From NCBI GenBank assembly GCA_964247055.1, contig OZ176054.1, positions 4,836,001-4,900,000 on the forward strand: 64,000 nucleotides of DNA, read 5' to 3'. This document shows positions 1-13,733 of the stretch, piece after piece. A model generated the notes under the pieces. That model made no database searches, was not told the origin of the DNA, and saw only the letters and a program-made list of their open reading frames with translations. Each line of letters opens with the position of its first letter. Position 1 is the stretch's first letter. The stretch is from Paragordius varius. Lineage: Eukaryota > Animalia > Nematomorpha. The position numbers were made by a program, and so were the translations under genes.

Positions 1-693
1 ATAAAATGTTAATTTTTTTGGAAATCATTTTGGATTTACTTAAATTATATATAATATATATAATAACAAATTTGTTCAAACATGCGTAAAAGCAGACATT
101 ATTTTTTAAAAAGAAAAGATTTTAAAATTCAATTTCACGCCAGGCTCCTTACAAAAATACATTTTTTTCGGGAATTCATTCAATATTATTACTTAAAATT
201 TTTTTTACCACAAAAAATTTATGAATCTTTATTTTTAATATTGGCGTTTAAGAGGTTATATTTCGAAAAAAATTGTGAACGTTATATATATAATAATAGT
301 TTTTTTATAACTTTGTCATACAATAAATTTTAATTACTTGTGAGAAACAAACCATGCTATAATCTAATTTTTGTAATATTTTTTTATTATATATATTTGG
401 CATTTATAAACTAAGATCAAGGAATTAATTTGATGAAAACAAAGCATAAAAGGTAGAAAAGAAAAAGGAGATAGATCGAGATTAGTTAAAAAATATATAT
501 ACTCTTTTTTAAGGTGACGCATAAGAAAATTATCTTTCTTTAAGCTTCGAAACTTTTAATGTTACAAGAATTTAAAAAAATATATATAAATATATTGTTG
601 GAACGATGTTAATTCTAAATTATTTTGTTTTAACTAATATATATCCTTTTTTAGCCTAGTAAATTTATAATAAGAGATATTTTCAAATCTGAT

Positions 694-697
<4 letters not shown>

Positions 698-733
<36 letters not shown>
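698..733. repeat. (TA)n microsatellite; similar tracts near 866, 35000, 38497, 46851, 48497
   Basis: Directly visible dinucleotide run. Confidence 0.9.
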
Positions 734-737
<4 letters not shown>

Positions 738-2910
738 TGTATTATGTGTCAACATATTGCCAGTTAATTTAATTATACAAAAATTACAACTAATAGTTTA
801 TTGTGTTATAATGGTTATAATCCGCTAACCTTTTTATCAAAATAGTAATTTTTAAGTTATATAATATATATATATATATATATATGATTTTCCTACCTCC
901 ATAATTTTTTTTCCGTTATAAAAAAGAAGTTACTACTTACTCTCTATAGGCGAGGGAGTTGATAAAAATACATTTTTTGTATTCAATTCTTCTCCTAACT
1001 CACTACTGCTGGAGTCATAAAGTTTTTAACAAAAAACAACTTTTGTGATAAGCAACTTCCTCCGAAAGATTTGTGTTTTATAAAACATTTTTTTTTACTC
1101 AAGTATCGTTGACTGTCACTTCTCTTTTTTCCTCCAAAACAAATTTATTTTATTTCCCAAGACTTAATTATACTGTACGAATCTGGACAAAAATTTATTA
1201 GTTTTGTTAATTATAGACCTAAGAACAAAAAATTTTTATTTTATCGTTTTTTTTTCTATAAAAAATTTAATTATATAATTTTATTTTAAGTAAAATTTCT
1301 CGTGTCTATAGTTTCAATTTTTGTTAAAGTTTTAACAATTTAATTTGATCAATCATACAATCTATTGGAGATATACTAGGACACTATGAATTCAAATCAA
1401 TATTTAAGTAAGTGTATATTTTAACTAAATTATTCAAACAAGTAAGTAAAAAATGTTTTTAACCCATATTGCCACCGACAATTAACATTTAAATATTTGA
1501 ACGGAATTTTTATATTTTTTGATAATTTAACATGAACTCAAAAAAATTTGCTATAATTTATTAATTTAATTAACTAATTCCCTTTTTAAATTTAAAATAT
1601 AATTGAAAATATTTTATTTAAAGTTGGTAGTTGGCTATTTAATAATTTACCAATAAAATTGCTGTTATAATTATTTTAAAAGTGTGAAATGGTTAAAATT
1701 TATTTTTATTTGCTCCTTAAACGACATTAATAAGTTAATTTGCGAAAATAATTATCACTAAATTCACGAGTGAGATTTTATACCTATTCCTGAATATATT
1801 AAATTTAAATATTCATTAGGGAAATAAAAATATGACATTAGGACTTTTTAATCAAATAAATTAGTTTTATTTCGAATTGAGGTTTAGTGTATTGTATTAC
1901 CTCTTTTATCATATATCGATATGCTTTTAGATCCATCCGCTTCCGGGTCGAAGTATATTTTTGGAAATTTCATTTCCACGTATTTTTTGATAACAAAAAA
2001 AGTGCTTGCGAAAGAAATCATTCCGATACCTAAGTACTTTTCATCTAAAAAAATTTTTGGTACGGTTTTATATGGTTTATGCTCCAAATGACTCTGATTT
2101 CGGTTTTATTTTTTATCATTGCCGGATAATGAGATATTTTAGCTGAAAAATAATAACTTATAGGCCTTATGCTACTTTTATCTAAAATTTAAAAACATAC
2201 ATTGGTTAACTGTTTTAAATGATGAAAATATAAAAAGCACAAGTGTGTGTGTCTCTATATGCATATTAGCATTGTCCTCATTCGTCATAAGGGTTTAATG
2301 CAGTGGTAGAATCGCGGCTCTAAAAGTACAGTAAAAATTGAAATTATAGAGTCAAAACATAAAAATATAAAGACAAAAATTTTTTTTAAAACATAAACCT
2401 TATTTGAACCTTAATTTATCCTACAAAACATTTAATTACAATCATAAAATACACAATCAATAGTGTTACCAACATGCATTTTTATTTCTTACTTTGCACT
2501 TTTTAGAAAAAATATTTGTCTTTATACTTTAACGTTTTGTCCGTTTAATTTCAATTTTAATTGTAATTAATATGGCTGTAAATTAATCTATTGAGTTTTT
2601 AAACGTTATTTAAAGTATAAATAACTGCAAATGTGTCAATTTATCTGTATTATAGAATCAAAAAAATATTTTATTTGACCCATTAAACATTTTTGGTGAG
2701 TATCCATAACTTAGCAAAAGCGTATAAAGACTTTGACTTGTTAATACAACCGTATTTAGTTATAACGTTTCTATAATCAACCTGATTTTCACACCGACTA
2801 TCTATTAAAGAGAAGCAAATTCATTATGATAATAATATTTCATACAAGGCTATACAATTTTTTTTGATGTCACTATGATTTATTAATGGATTTTTATTGA
2901 TATCTTATAG

Positions 2911-5900
2911 ATTTTCTTGTGATTATGGTCGGTTCATGCCTTGTTGTATGTCAAGAAGCACCTAAAACGGTATAATTTTTCATTCATAATTGTAACTTAA
3001 ATTCATTCATATTGTACATTCCACATAAGAAATTTATCGATCTATGTTAAATTATAATATAAATCAGGTCACCACGAACATACCAATGACATCAGTCGAG
3101 CCCACATGGGAGCACGATAAGATGAATCAAGATTCAAGCTTGATAGATTCCGCTTATGAAGTAGAATATGATTTCCCGTGTCCGACAAACGAAACTGGCT
3201 ATTTTGCTTCCCGGTCAGAGGGTTGTTCCGTCTTTTATTTTTGTCACAAAGATTTGAAAATACGTTTCGAATGCCCGGACACGACCTATTTCGATATAAT
3301 GATTCGAGGTTGTAAAGACGCCCTTTCAAGCGATTGTGAGAACGAGGATAAGGAAAACCATATTGCTAGCCAACCAGAGGAAAAGGGTTTGGTTGAAGAA
3401 GCTTTAAGCCAAATTGTTCCAACAGATAATGTTGATTCGATTGCTAATGAACAACAAGAAACCGAATTCGCAAAGGAAATGGAAACAGAAATCAAACAAG
3501 ATTGGGAGGCCTTTACAAATCTATATAATGCTACAACTACCACTCTTGAACCACAAGGTAAAGTGTATCATGAAAATCAACCTAGTAAAAAATTTTCAAC
3601 TTTGTGGATAAAACATATTATTTCAAGCTATTTAAAGTATACAGATGCTTAAAGTATTATATTGTAACAGAATTTTTATTATTTAGAAAGGAATACGGTC
3701 AAAAAAAGAAATATTCCTCTAACATATAAATTTTCGAGTCGTGGCAGAATAAAAAATAATACAAATAATTAATTATCCAAATCAAAGAGTAATTTGCCGA
3801 ATTCGTTCTTCTTTAAAAAGACTTTGAAAATTATCAGACCAATAAATGATTTATTAAATTTTGAGATGTATCAATTGATTGTGAATTCTCATTATAATAA
3901 AACGTATCTACTCGAGTCAAATGTCGTTATTAGTATTATTTTTTATCAAAACGATTCATACAAACCAAACTTTAACTAAAGTAATTTTTAAAAAAATCGA
4001 AAAAAAATCTTTTTTGTTAACTCATCCCAATTTAAAACTTACTGTTAATTTATTTTAATTGATAAAATATAACAAAATGTCAGCGCAAATTGGTTCTGAG
4101 ATATACCATTTGCACTTCAAGAGTGTCTGAACACTTTAAGTGGTCCTTGAACATTTCAAGTTAGTCCTTTCAAGTTGGTCCTTAAACATTTGAATGGATT
4201 TAACTATTTGGATGTATTTATTTTTTTAACCTAATTTTCTTTATTTATTATATTCATTTAAAGTTAATATTTTTAAAAATTAATTTTTTGTAATATTTTT
4301 TTCCAATCCAACAATATTTTTCAATTATAAATGTTTTCAACAAAAAATTTTAATAAATAAACCAGAAAAGTTATATTTTATCAATTACATCTTGAAATTT
4401 TATTAAAATTAATATATTTTTAAAAACTTAATAATGATCAAAACTGATTTAAATTATGGTTAAATCAAGATAATAGGTTAAAAATAATAAAATATATTAA
4501 TGATACACGGTTTGATTGATAAAAGTTAAAAACAAATTATAAAAATTGAAGGACCAACTTGAAATGTTTAAGAAAACTTTTGAAGTGCAAATGGTATAGT
4601 TAGTGTCCAACTGAATATATCAAAAATTAAATTGTGTAGAATTCTATATCTACAAACCCTAATTTAAAATATTTTATTATCATTATGATATCACACAGAA
4701 CAAATTGCACAAAGAAGCCCAGGCAAAGAACCGCCACAAAACATTTCACAAATTATTGATCAGGACTTAGAAGCTTATTTAGACAAAACTCTGAACTATC
4801 CATTAGCCAATAATACAACCAGTCAAAAAACTTCTTTAAATTCCAGTTTTGGCGTAACAGAAAGTAGTATATCATTTAGCACTGATTTTACGGAAGAACA
4901 AAATAATGATGTATCTTACGAACATTCCACCTCGGTAACATGGCGAACATTAGGCGGAATCGTAAATGAAGCCCATTCTTATCGCATTTACAATGTAAGT
5001 GATGACAATGATCAATTCTCAGAATCACATACACAAATCTCCTATAACGTTTCATCGGATAATGAAAGTCCATTTACTACAACAATCTCAGATGATTCAA
5101 CTCAATCTACCGGTATTAAACATGAAACAACTCTCAATCTGCCTACTACTGAGGTTAGCAAGGAAAAAACTGTGACATTTAACTTGACTGATTTAACAAA
5201 TAAAAACTCTATTGATATCGTACCAGTATCTTCGGGACAAATATCGAACGACGAAACAGATGTTGAAATTGATGAAAATATTTCGACTGGGTCATCAACC
5301 GAAAATTGGGCAACAAAAAAGTCTGTAAAAACCAATCTTCACCTACCTCAATCAAATAAAACTACTGCAATAACATCACCAGATACTCTCACGATTACTA
5401 ATGCTACCATACCTCCTTCAACAAATAAAACTGTGATTAATGTTGTTGCTGTAAAAGAGAACAAGAATTTGAGAGTACTGACTCACCCAAATATTACTGC
5501 GGATGATGCAGTGTTTGAACCAACAACTCTTTTAAGCGTTTTTAACATGACAGTGGAAGCAGATGTAAGTAAACCATCGCGAAAAATAAATTTAGTCAAA
5601 CTTGAAGGTCATTATAAAGTTTTGGGGAATGAGAGCATTACGACCGCAACTTCAAATATATCTGTTGTCGGTATTAAAACTCACATCACCGTTTTGTCAC
5701 CAAATGCAACTGAGAATGTATTAAGCAATGAGGTTGCGATCCCAGTATTGGGAAGTTGGAAAAATACATCAATGAAAGCGATAGATGGTTTAACAATCAA
5801 AACTTCAAATAATTCAACGACCAATCAACCAAATAAAACTGACGATACCCCAACTACAGATATTCAAAATCATTCAAAGCTTGACGCAAATTCGCAAGCT

Positions 5901-7456
5901 TATCCAAACAGTACCGATGCGCCCATTTCTTCTAAAACAATCGGTACGACCCCCACAGTTAAAAATACTTCTGCGATTGTGACCACCAATTTAATTCAAA
6001 ATCTTGAATCGCAAAAATCAAGAATCGAATCGATAACCTCAACCACCATTAAGTCCACAAATCCAACAAGTTTACCATCAATAAAAGAAAGTATAAAAAT
6101 CAACAGAGATACTAAAAATTTGGTAAAGATAGAGTCAAATCTAATGAAGGATACCAAAGTTATTGAAGATATAACTGATGATAGTGTACATGAAAAAATA
6201 AATGATGACAATGGAACATCGAGTTTAGTAACATTTAAAGAAACCGTTAATATAACCACCCCGATGCCAAATCATAATATATCAAATATTACCACCCAAT
6301 GGCTTCAAAATTGTAGCGAACTCATAGCTCGACTTTCAACCAATAATTCATTATCTATTGCAAAAGAATCAAAAATAATTGATTCTTTGAGAAACAGTAC
6401 TAATAAATCCCTTTCACAAGAAAAAAATTTGTTAACTGCCCTAAAAGTTTCCAATGTCTCAGAATCTAAGATACTAAAGGTTTCTAACGCCAGCATGCTG
6501 ATAAACGACACTGCACCATTGAATGCGTCTAACATAAATATAACTGAAGCCAAAACACATTTTAATAACACGTCAAGTAATGAGTCGTTCGATTTCCCAG
6601 AAAACATCCCTGTTTTACCAAGAATGGGACCGTTACTAGGCGATCGTATGGACAAAATAAATCAAATCCTAGATCTGAGTATGATAAATTAATTATATAG
6701 TTTTTGTTGGCCATTTATTCGTATTTCTTTCTCTTTGATAATATACCAATTTAAAATAGAATTGAAATTATTTTATATGTCAATAAATTAATGCTTAGTG
6801 TTAACAGCCAAATTTAAATCGTGCGCTTTAACCTCTGCTATTAAACAAAAAAATTTCTATAATATTTATTGTGTTTAGCTGGGAGCAATAAAACTTTGAC
6901 AAAAGAATACAGTATAAAGGTAGCAAGTCCAATGATAAATTTAACTGCTGTTGATATCCCTACCCTTAATCGAACTTTGAATGATGTCATGATGGTGGCA
7001 TCCAATTTATCCGAAGAATTTACAATAAATGATACAACACTTTCTATAGCAGAGTCCCAAAGTACACAATTACCCGATGAAACTTCTTCTACGATGCTCC
7101 CAATGGTGCATACACAAGAATCGGTCGTTAAAAACGTTTCCACCACAGAAACAACAGCAAAAACCGTAAATTCTAAAATCCTAGCGGATAAATTGACTAC
7201 TCCTCTATCGAGAGGGACAACGACGGTCAAAAATACAACAAGTCCGCGGTCAGCAGTTCAAAACCTAAAACATGGAAACGAGAGTCAGCGTGTGTGGAGA
7301 GACAGGAGAAAGGGAAAGTATGTGAAATCACCGGCCCAATTTAAACGTTGGCTCCAACAAAGAAAGGCGAGGTTAGTAGCCAGATTGAAAAAAAGGCAAA
7401 GCAATCAAAATAGCAACAACATTCTGAAGACGATCTCAAACATAACATCATCCTAA
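2911..7456 (+). CDS. Secreted chitin-binding (CBM14/peritrophin-A) protein with a long Ser/Thr/Asn-rich mucin-like stalk and a basic C-terminal tail, about 1035 aa
   Basis: Frame-consistent GT-AG exons 2911-2969 (FLVIMVGSCLVVCQ, signal-like), 3068-3557, 4699-6678 and 6879-7456 (TAA). Six-Cys CBM14 pattern CPTNETGYFASRSEGCSVFYFC...FECPDTTYFD...C...C. The ATG-bearing first exon was not resolved. Confidence 0.8.
4106..4594. mobile_element. MITE family A (CCATTTGCACTTCAAG TIR, TATA-flanked), intronic
   Basis: TATA|CCATTTGCACTTCAAGAGTG ... TGAAGTGCAAATGG|TATA with about 21-bp subterminal repeats; same family as 39547-40068. Confidence 0.85.
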
Positions 7457-7591
7457 AAATTGATATTATGTGGCCAAAGATATTTTAATACTTTTTAGTG
7501 ACAATCTATCTATTTCTCTTTCATAAATAAGTTGCCAGTAATAATTTGATTAATTTATTTCAATGCCTTTTTTTTCTTTTCATTATAATTT

Positions 7592-10500
7592 TTATAGATA
7601 TATTTCATCATTGCCTTTCGGTATGAATGTGGTATAATTATTTTTTTCAACATTCTGATTATTCGATATGAAGTTTTGATAATATTTTATGTCTAAGATG
7701 GATGGTTTATCGATGGGACTTAATCCTAAGATATCATCCGCTATCATGTTTTCATTTTCATAACTTGTGATTTTTTCGCATTCAGACGCCATATCATTGT
7801 CATAATGTACAATATCCTCATCATTCACGTCACGATAATCAACATTTGTAACATTCATTATTTCTTGTTTCTATTGTGTTGTAACAAAAATAAATTTCAC
7901 ATTTGTAACTGGCCCAATATATAGTTTTTTGTTTAAAAAGGATTTATTACAAAGTAAATCCTAATCTAAAAAATAATACCAGGTTAATTATTTATAAAAT
8001 AAAGTTTAAAAATAAAATATAGGTTTTTTATCATTAGAGCCTTATTAGTTAAACAGGAGAGTGTATTAGATTTATGATATAATTATTAAAAATGGAAATA
8101 TGAAATTTATAATGGTAGAAATATTAGCGGTCCTTAATCAGTAATTTATAATTGATTAATTATTTTCTAACCTTAATTTTCCGGTTTATAACCTAAAATT
8201 TAAAAGTTAAGAAAAAAACAGCTAAAATTATATTAAAATATTTAAAAATAAATACAACTATTTAATTATACTTTTGTCATGGGTATATTGTGGTAAGTTG
8301 GCTTGATTAATTGGTCAAAATATTTTTGGGTTCTAAAATTACACGTGTATTTAAAATAAATATGTATATAATTAATGCTAAAATTTCGTTTGAAAAAAAA
8401 TAAGAGAGCTTATACTTTTCTAATCCATAACGTTCAAAGGGAAACAAAGATTTGGTCAGATAATATCGCGTTAGTCGTGTTTTAAATTTCGAAAGTAATT
8501 TGGAGTTTGAATGCGATGTGGAAGCAGATATATTAGTTTCTCCATTTAAACGTATATTTCGTCTTATAATTGTGTCACAATACAGCAAATGATATGACCT
8601 ATTTTAATCATTTTTATGACAATTTTGAAATATAAACTAGTAAAATTATTGCAACAAACCTCATGAGCGAATTAAAACGATAAACTAAATGTGCGGAACA
8701 GATATTGAGTGGATTTAATCGTGAAAACATAAGCCTGTCCCAATTCAACTTTGCCAATAATGTTTTAGCTATGTATAAAATAATATTTTAGTGAATTTTA
8801 AAGTTTAATATTTTAAAATGGGTTCTTTTAATTAAAATTAAACACATTATTGGTAAAAGTCCTAATTACATAAAAAAGCTCTATATTCCATATACCTTTG
8901 GGTGATATAAACAAGTGTTCGGCATTTTGATTTATTATATAAAGTATCATTTCGATCACAAGATAAAAATCTAAATGGTTATTATTGCTATTATTATTAT
9001 TTTCCTGATTGATTGACGAATTATTTGAGGAAATTTGATTGGTATGTTCATCATAAAAAGGTAAACTTATATTATTCGTTTGATTGTCATGGCTAAATGC
9101 TATGTAATGAAGGGCCCATTCAAACAGCTTTTCCACATATTTTAAACATAATCTATTTAGTAAAAGAATAGATGAGTAAAAGATTTTTAATATTTATAAA
9201 TGTATCATAGTGTCCCCAAATGGGCATTTATAACTATATCAAAAACATGAATTCAAATTAATTATAATATAAAAAATTAATATTTGAAGTTATATATATA
9301 CCATTTACAGTTCAAATTCACCCTTGAACAATTTTACCCTCAAATACATTCAAATTCCTCCTAAAATAAATTATGTATTTATTAATATTAAAAATTACCT
9401 TTTTTTAAAATATTTTTAAAATATGAAATTTTATTTAAAATAATAGAATGCTGAAAAAATAATACTATGTCTTAACATATTTCATATTAATGATGAGTTA
9501 TATTACCCCGAAAACACATAATTTATTTTTAGGGGAATTTATATCGTTCAAGGGTGAATTTGAATTGTTCAAGGGTAAATTTGAAATGTTCAAGGATGAA
9601 TTTGAACTGTAAATGGTATATTATTGTTTTTTGCTCTTACATTTAATAAATGGCTTAAATTTAATATAAACAACTTTTTTTAGATACATTCATTATATAA
9701 AATAATTATAACCTTTCAGAATATTGATTAAAATTTCCGAGAATAGAGCCCAAAAACTGAATTGCATTTCTTCGTTTTCGATTAAAATCTTGTGGGTTAT
9801 TAAACAGTTTCCATAAATATTCAAGCACTGAATCCTCCAATAGCTATTAATACAAACACATAATTATTAACAGTTATAATACAGTGCGACAAAAAATAGG
9901 GTAAAAAATGAAGGTCCTCTAATTTAATCCAACCTTATTAGCATTATACTAAACAATATTTTCAGCTACTAGACTTCAAAAATACCATTTTTTGCAAATG
10001 GAATATAATGGATTAAAAATGTCAGCTAAATTCTAAACTATTTCTACTATTATAGGCATTACATAAACTTAATATGGTAACCCCCCCACCCCATTTAATG
10101 AGTTTTTTTGATAATAACAGCGTTTATGAACAAATGGGATATTCCAATCGTTCAAGGTTGAGTATGAGCATAGTTTCTCAGAAACTTAAAAGTATGTCTT
10201 TTTAAACCCTTATAATAAGCCAAAACAAATATAAAAAAATAAATCAAACTAAATCCTTTTTTATCAATTTTTTTAAACTACTGTCAATTAATTATTATAT
10301 ATTATTTAATAAAATAATTATTGCTCAAAAAAATTTAATTTTATACCGGAAAACCGTTAGACCCATTCAAATTCAAATATCGAAAAATATAATCATTAAT
10401 GAATGCCCCGACAATAGTTTCGCCCTTTTTAGGAATTAGGCCCACAGTTCATGGCCACCTAGTGTAAAAAACGGTTTTTTTTGAAAACAGAAGTCCACAA

Positions 10501-13064
10501 AAATCGTGTCTTTGAGACAATTTTATGGAAAACGTGTTGGACCATTCGATTTCAAATATAATTTTTTAATTATTTTTAATCGCGCTGAACATAGTCTCGC
10601 TTTTATATTTCGCTCCCCTCGTAAAATGCCATTTTTTTAAAAAAATTAGGCCCACAAAAATAATTTTTTGAATCTATTTTTCGCCCAAAGTATGATACCG
10701 TAAAAATTCAATAAGGATTCCAGGTATTCCCCGTTAAAAGGCAAAATTTTAGTCAAGCGTTTCTTGATTATAGCTGCTGGGTAAAGAGATACCCATTAAA
10801 AACTGACCCGTCATATTGAAATAGTGTGCTTTTGGGGCTAAATTATCAGGTTATATGAGTTCAAACCGTGCTTAAAAAATATAACCCGTAAAAGGTCAAA
10901 ATTTTAAGTCGAGCGGATTTTTAAATTAACGGTTAAATAGGCTCTAGGTAGGGGGCTACCCCCGTAAAAATGCGTAACTATATCGGTACAGCATGCCTTT
11001 GAAGCCAAATTTCAGAAAACTTATGAGACTATGTGAGTTCAATAAACGCCTAAAATATTTATTACCACTTAAAAAACAAATATTTTAGTATAGGAGGTTA
11101 TTTCAATGAGTCGCTAAGAAAAGTTTTACGCCCTCAAAAATCGCCGCCATAAAACAATTTTTTGGTTTTGAAGCAATAATTCCAAGAACTTAGAGGAAAC
11201 TTTGGACATTATAATTCCAGATATTCCCCATATAAAGACAAAAATTTTGCCCGCTGCTTTTTTATACCTGTCTCTGGGTAAGAAGCTACCCGCCAAAAAC
11301 TGTGCCACTATATAGAAATTGCGTTATTTTGGAACTAATTTAGAATGCCATATGAGCTCATTTAAAGTTGAAATATTACCCGTAACAAGGTAAAAATTAA
11401 GGTCAGGCCTTTTTTATTAGCCGTTAATTTGGCGCCTTTATGCCCTAAAAATACGCCATCATATAACGATTATTTAGTGTTAAGGTAATTTCGAATAACC
11501 CATGGGACGATGGTCTCAAAGATGATTCCAAATATTTTTCCTATAAAGGCAAAAAATTTAACTTAGCGCTTTTTCCATTAGGCCTATGGGTAGGGGTCTA
11601 CCGGTTTAAAACTGAAACGCCATACAAAAATGGCGTGGCTTTGGAGAAAAAACTTAAGAAGCCATACGAGTTCAATAAAGGCCTTAAATATTACCCATAA
11701 AAAGGTAAAAATTATAGTACAGCGTTTTCCGTTTGCCGTCAATTTGGGGCCTTTACACCAGTAAACAATATATTAGTATGAATGCACCGTTTTGAAAATC
11801 CTATGAGATCATAGCTATTAAATGATGATTCGAAATAATCCACATATATGGAACATTTTATTAATCCCCTTTTTTTCAAAAAGCCCCCCCCCCCCAGAAG
11901 TCCGAAGGACTTCTTCGGGCGCGTAGCAGTACGAGATTTACGCTAGTTTAATAATAAAGAATGAACATTTAACCTAATTCGAATTATAGAGTTAAATTAA
12001 ATAATATTGTAAAAAGGGGAAATCGATAATTGATGTGCAAGTAGGCTGGTGTTATTTATAAATTTTCACGTAAAAGCATCAATATGAGGTAAGAAAAAAT
12101 ATTCTTGGAACAATGTACTATTATTAGTATCAAAATCTTTTAGTAAAATAAAAGGTAAATTTTTATAATATATTCTAAAAACCTCCGAATTTTGACCAGA
12201 ATGAATGACATAAATGAGTAGATAGGGTAAGTTCCCAAAATAATTTAATGATAACGAATATTTTAAAATGATTCTGGAAAATTCTTCATGTAAAGTTTGA
12301 CCTAAACAAATTAAAATTATTTTACCGTAACTTGATGAGAGAAATTCAATGCACTGCAATATAAGCAAATCAATTTTTTCAAAATAATCCATCTTATTTT
12401 GCCGATACTGATTATTCTTAAAGTGATTTATGCATTCATCGTCAATTCTAATAAGGTATCTTATTATAGAATCTAGGATTTCAATTTTCGATTCGTCAGT
12501 ATCAAAGTTTATTGGAATTATTTGGTTTAACAAAAACTCTATATACTCTGACAATATTAATTTATCTCTCCATGGGTTAGGATACTCGTTTACAATAATT
12601 TTAACTAATGTTGATTGCGCACTAAATATTATTCTAGAGTTACTTTGGTATTTCTACAAACAGCCGAGTTAAAATATCCAAAATGTGTTTATGATTTTCA
12701 CCTATAAATAAAATAACTAATCCTAACCTTTACAAGACATTTTATTTAATAAGTTTTTAATGCATTCTTCCAAGTAAAATGGCTTTTGGTTAAGAACTTT
12801 AATCAAAAGTTCCATAAAATCCTCATATATTATATCGAAAGAGGGTGATGTCATAAATGTCCATACTATTTGTATGGATAATTCATTGATCAAATCAATG
12901 TTCTTTTCACAATGATTTATAAAGAATTTTATCATTTGTGCACTGGTGGATTTGTCGCGAATAACATTAAAAATAATATTGAATTCTTTAATTTCCCCCT
13001 ACATATTTATATAAAATACTTTAAGGGCTAGATTCATAACGTTCAATATTCTGTTTTCACCCAT
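7592..13064 (-). CDS. RRN3: RNA polymerase I transcription initiation factor RRN3 (TIF-IA)
   Basis: Exons 13064-13020, 12998-12728, 12701-12644, 12621-12183, 9843-9713, 9152-8896, 8768-8660 and 8598-8416, then less certain small exons ending at 7592. Colinear with RRN3 motifs as I recall them: KGEIKEF, EYLWKLF, LNWDRLMFSRLNPLNIC, LLYCDTIIRRN, LFPFERYGL. The exact start codon is an inference. Confidence 0.85.
9301..9616. mobile_element. MITE family B (CCATTTACAGTTCAAATTCA TIR, TATA-flanked) in an RRN3 intron
   Basis: TATA|CCATTTACAGTTCAAATTCACCCTT ... AAGGATGAATTTGAACTGTAAATGG|TATA with 21-bp subterminal repeats. Confidence 0.85.
10330..11946 (+). mobile_element. Non-autonomous Helitron-like element with diverged internal tandem repeats of about 155-170 bp, in the long RRN3 intron
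   Basis: 3' end has hairpins GAAGTCC-GAA-GGACTTC (11897-11913) and GCGTA...TACGC, then CTAG (11943-11946) followed by T. Recurrent internal motifs CCCGTAAAAGG(C/T)AAAATTT, GGGTA...TACCC and TATGAGTTCAA. The 5' end is approximate. Confidence 0.6.
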
Positions 13065-13133
13065 GCCTGAGACGCATCTTATTTCTCATGGTTTCATTTG
13101 CAAATATGATTTTAAAATACCATCATTGCCAAA

Positions 13134-13733
13134 ATGATTAAAATTTTTGAGATTTTTTTAACTGTTCTTTTCTTTAATCTCGTCGAATATCTTATTTTTA
13201 CCTGTAATTTGGTATATCTTATCTAATAGTTAGATTGGTAGATTTATAAAACCTTCTAATGATTTAAAAAATATTCATAAAGAAATTTTGAGGATGGAAT
13301 CCGAAAAACGTAACATAAATATCGTTGATGAATTTCCCAAATACGCAAGGTTGCAGAGAAAAATTGAGACTTTAAAAGATGAATTAAAAAATTTGGGTAT
13401 AATTTAGTATTTATGCTAGAAAAATCCGAAAAAAGTGTATCTTCAAAGTACATTAGCAATATGAAAAACCTATATTATGCTGTCAAAGTATAAGATTTTA
13501 TAATTTTAGTTTTTATATGTTTTATTTTCAATTTATTTCTATTATTCGACCGTTTTATATGTTTTGCCGCAAAAATGGTTGTTTCCATTTTATTATTTTC
13601 TACCCAAATCTTTACAATCTGGTAAATACGGGTTTAATTTTTAGGAAATCTCTTTATAATACCTTGGTTCCTTTTGACGGATAATGCGTCCAAATCAATA
13701 CTTACTGCTATTCATTCTAAATTTATTTCGTGA
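13134..13733 (+). CDS. GET1: Tail-anchored protein insertion receptor GET1/WRB
   Basis: Not visible in the ORF track. Exons 13134-13211, 13234-13396, 13420-13487, 13510-13621 and 13645-13733 give an open protein: N-terminal TM, coiled coil NINIVDEFPKYARLQRKIETLKDEL (cf. WRB VNMMDEFARYARLERKI), VLYVLPQKWLFP and a C-terminal TM LFIIPWFLL. Confidence 0.9.

Noticed and set aside
1884-2087. 67-aa minus ORF
   Set aside because: No recognisable motif or adjoining exons; probably repeat-derived DNA.
2291-2360. tRNA-like start GGGTTTAATGCAGTGGTAGAATCGCGG
   Set aside because: A-box-like only; no cloverleaf or clear B-box. At most a SINE relic.
3069-7230. Several minus-strand ORFs
   Set aside because: Antisense shadows of the mucin exons.
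13256-13459. 67-aa minus ORF as an RRN3 5' exon
   Set aside because: It is the antisense shadow of GET1 exons 2-3, which carry the recognisable motif.
12066-13733. Alternative genetic code or stop read-through to explain in-frame stops
   Set aside because: Every stop falls within a GT-AG segment whose removal restores homology, and long exons are stop-free under the standard code.
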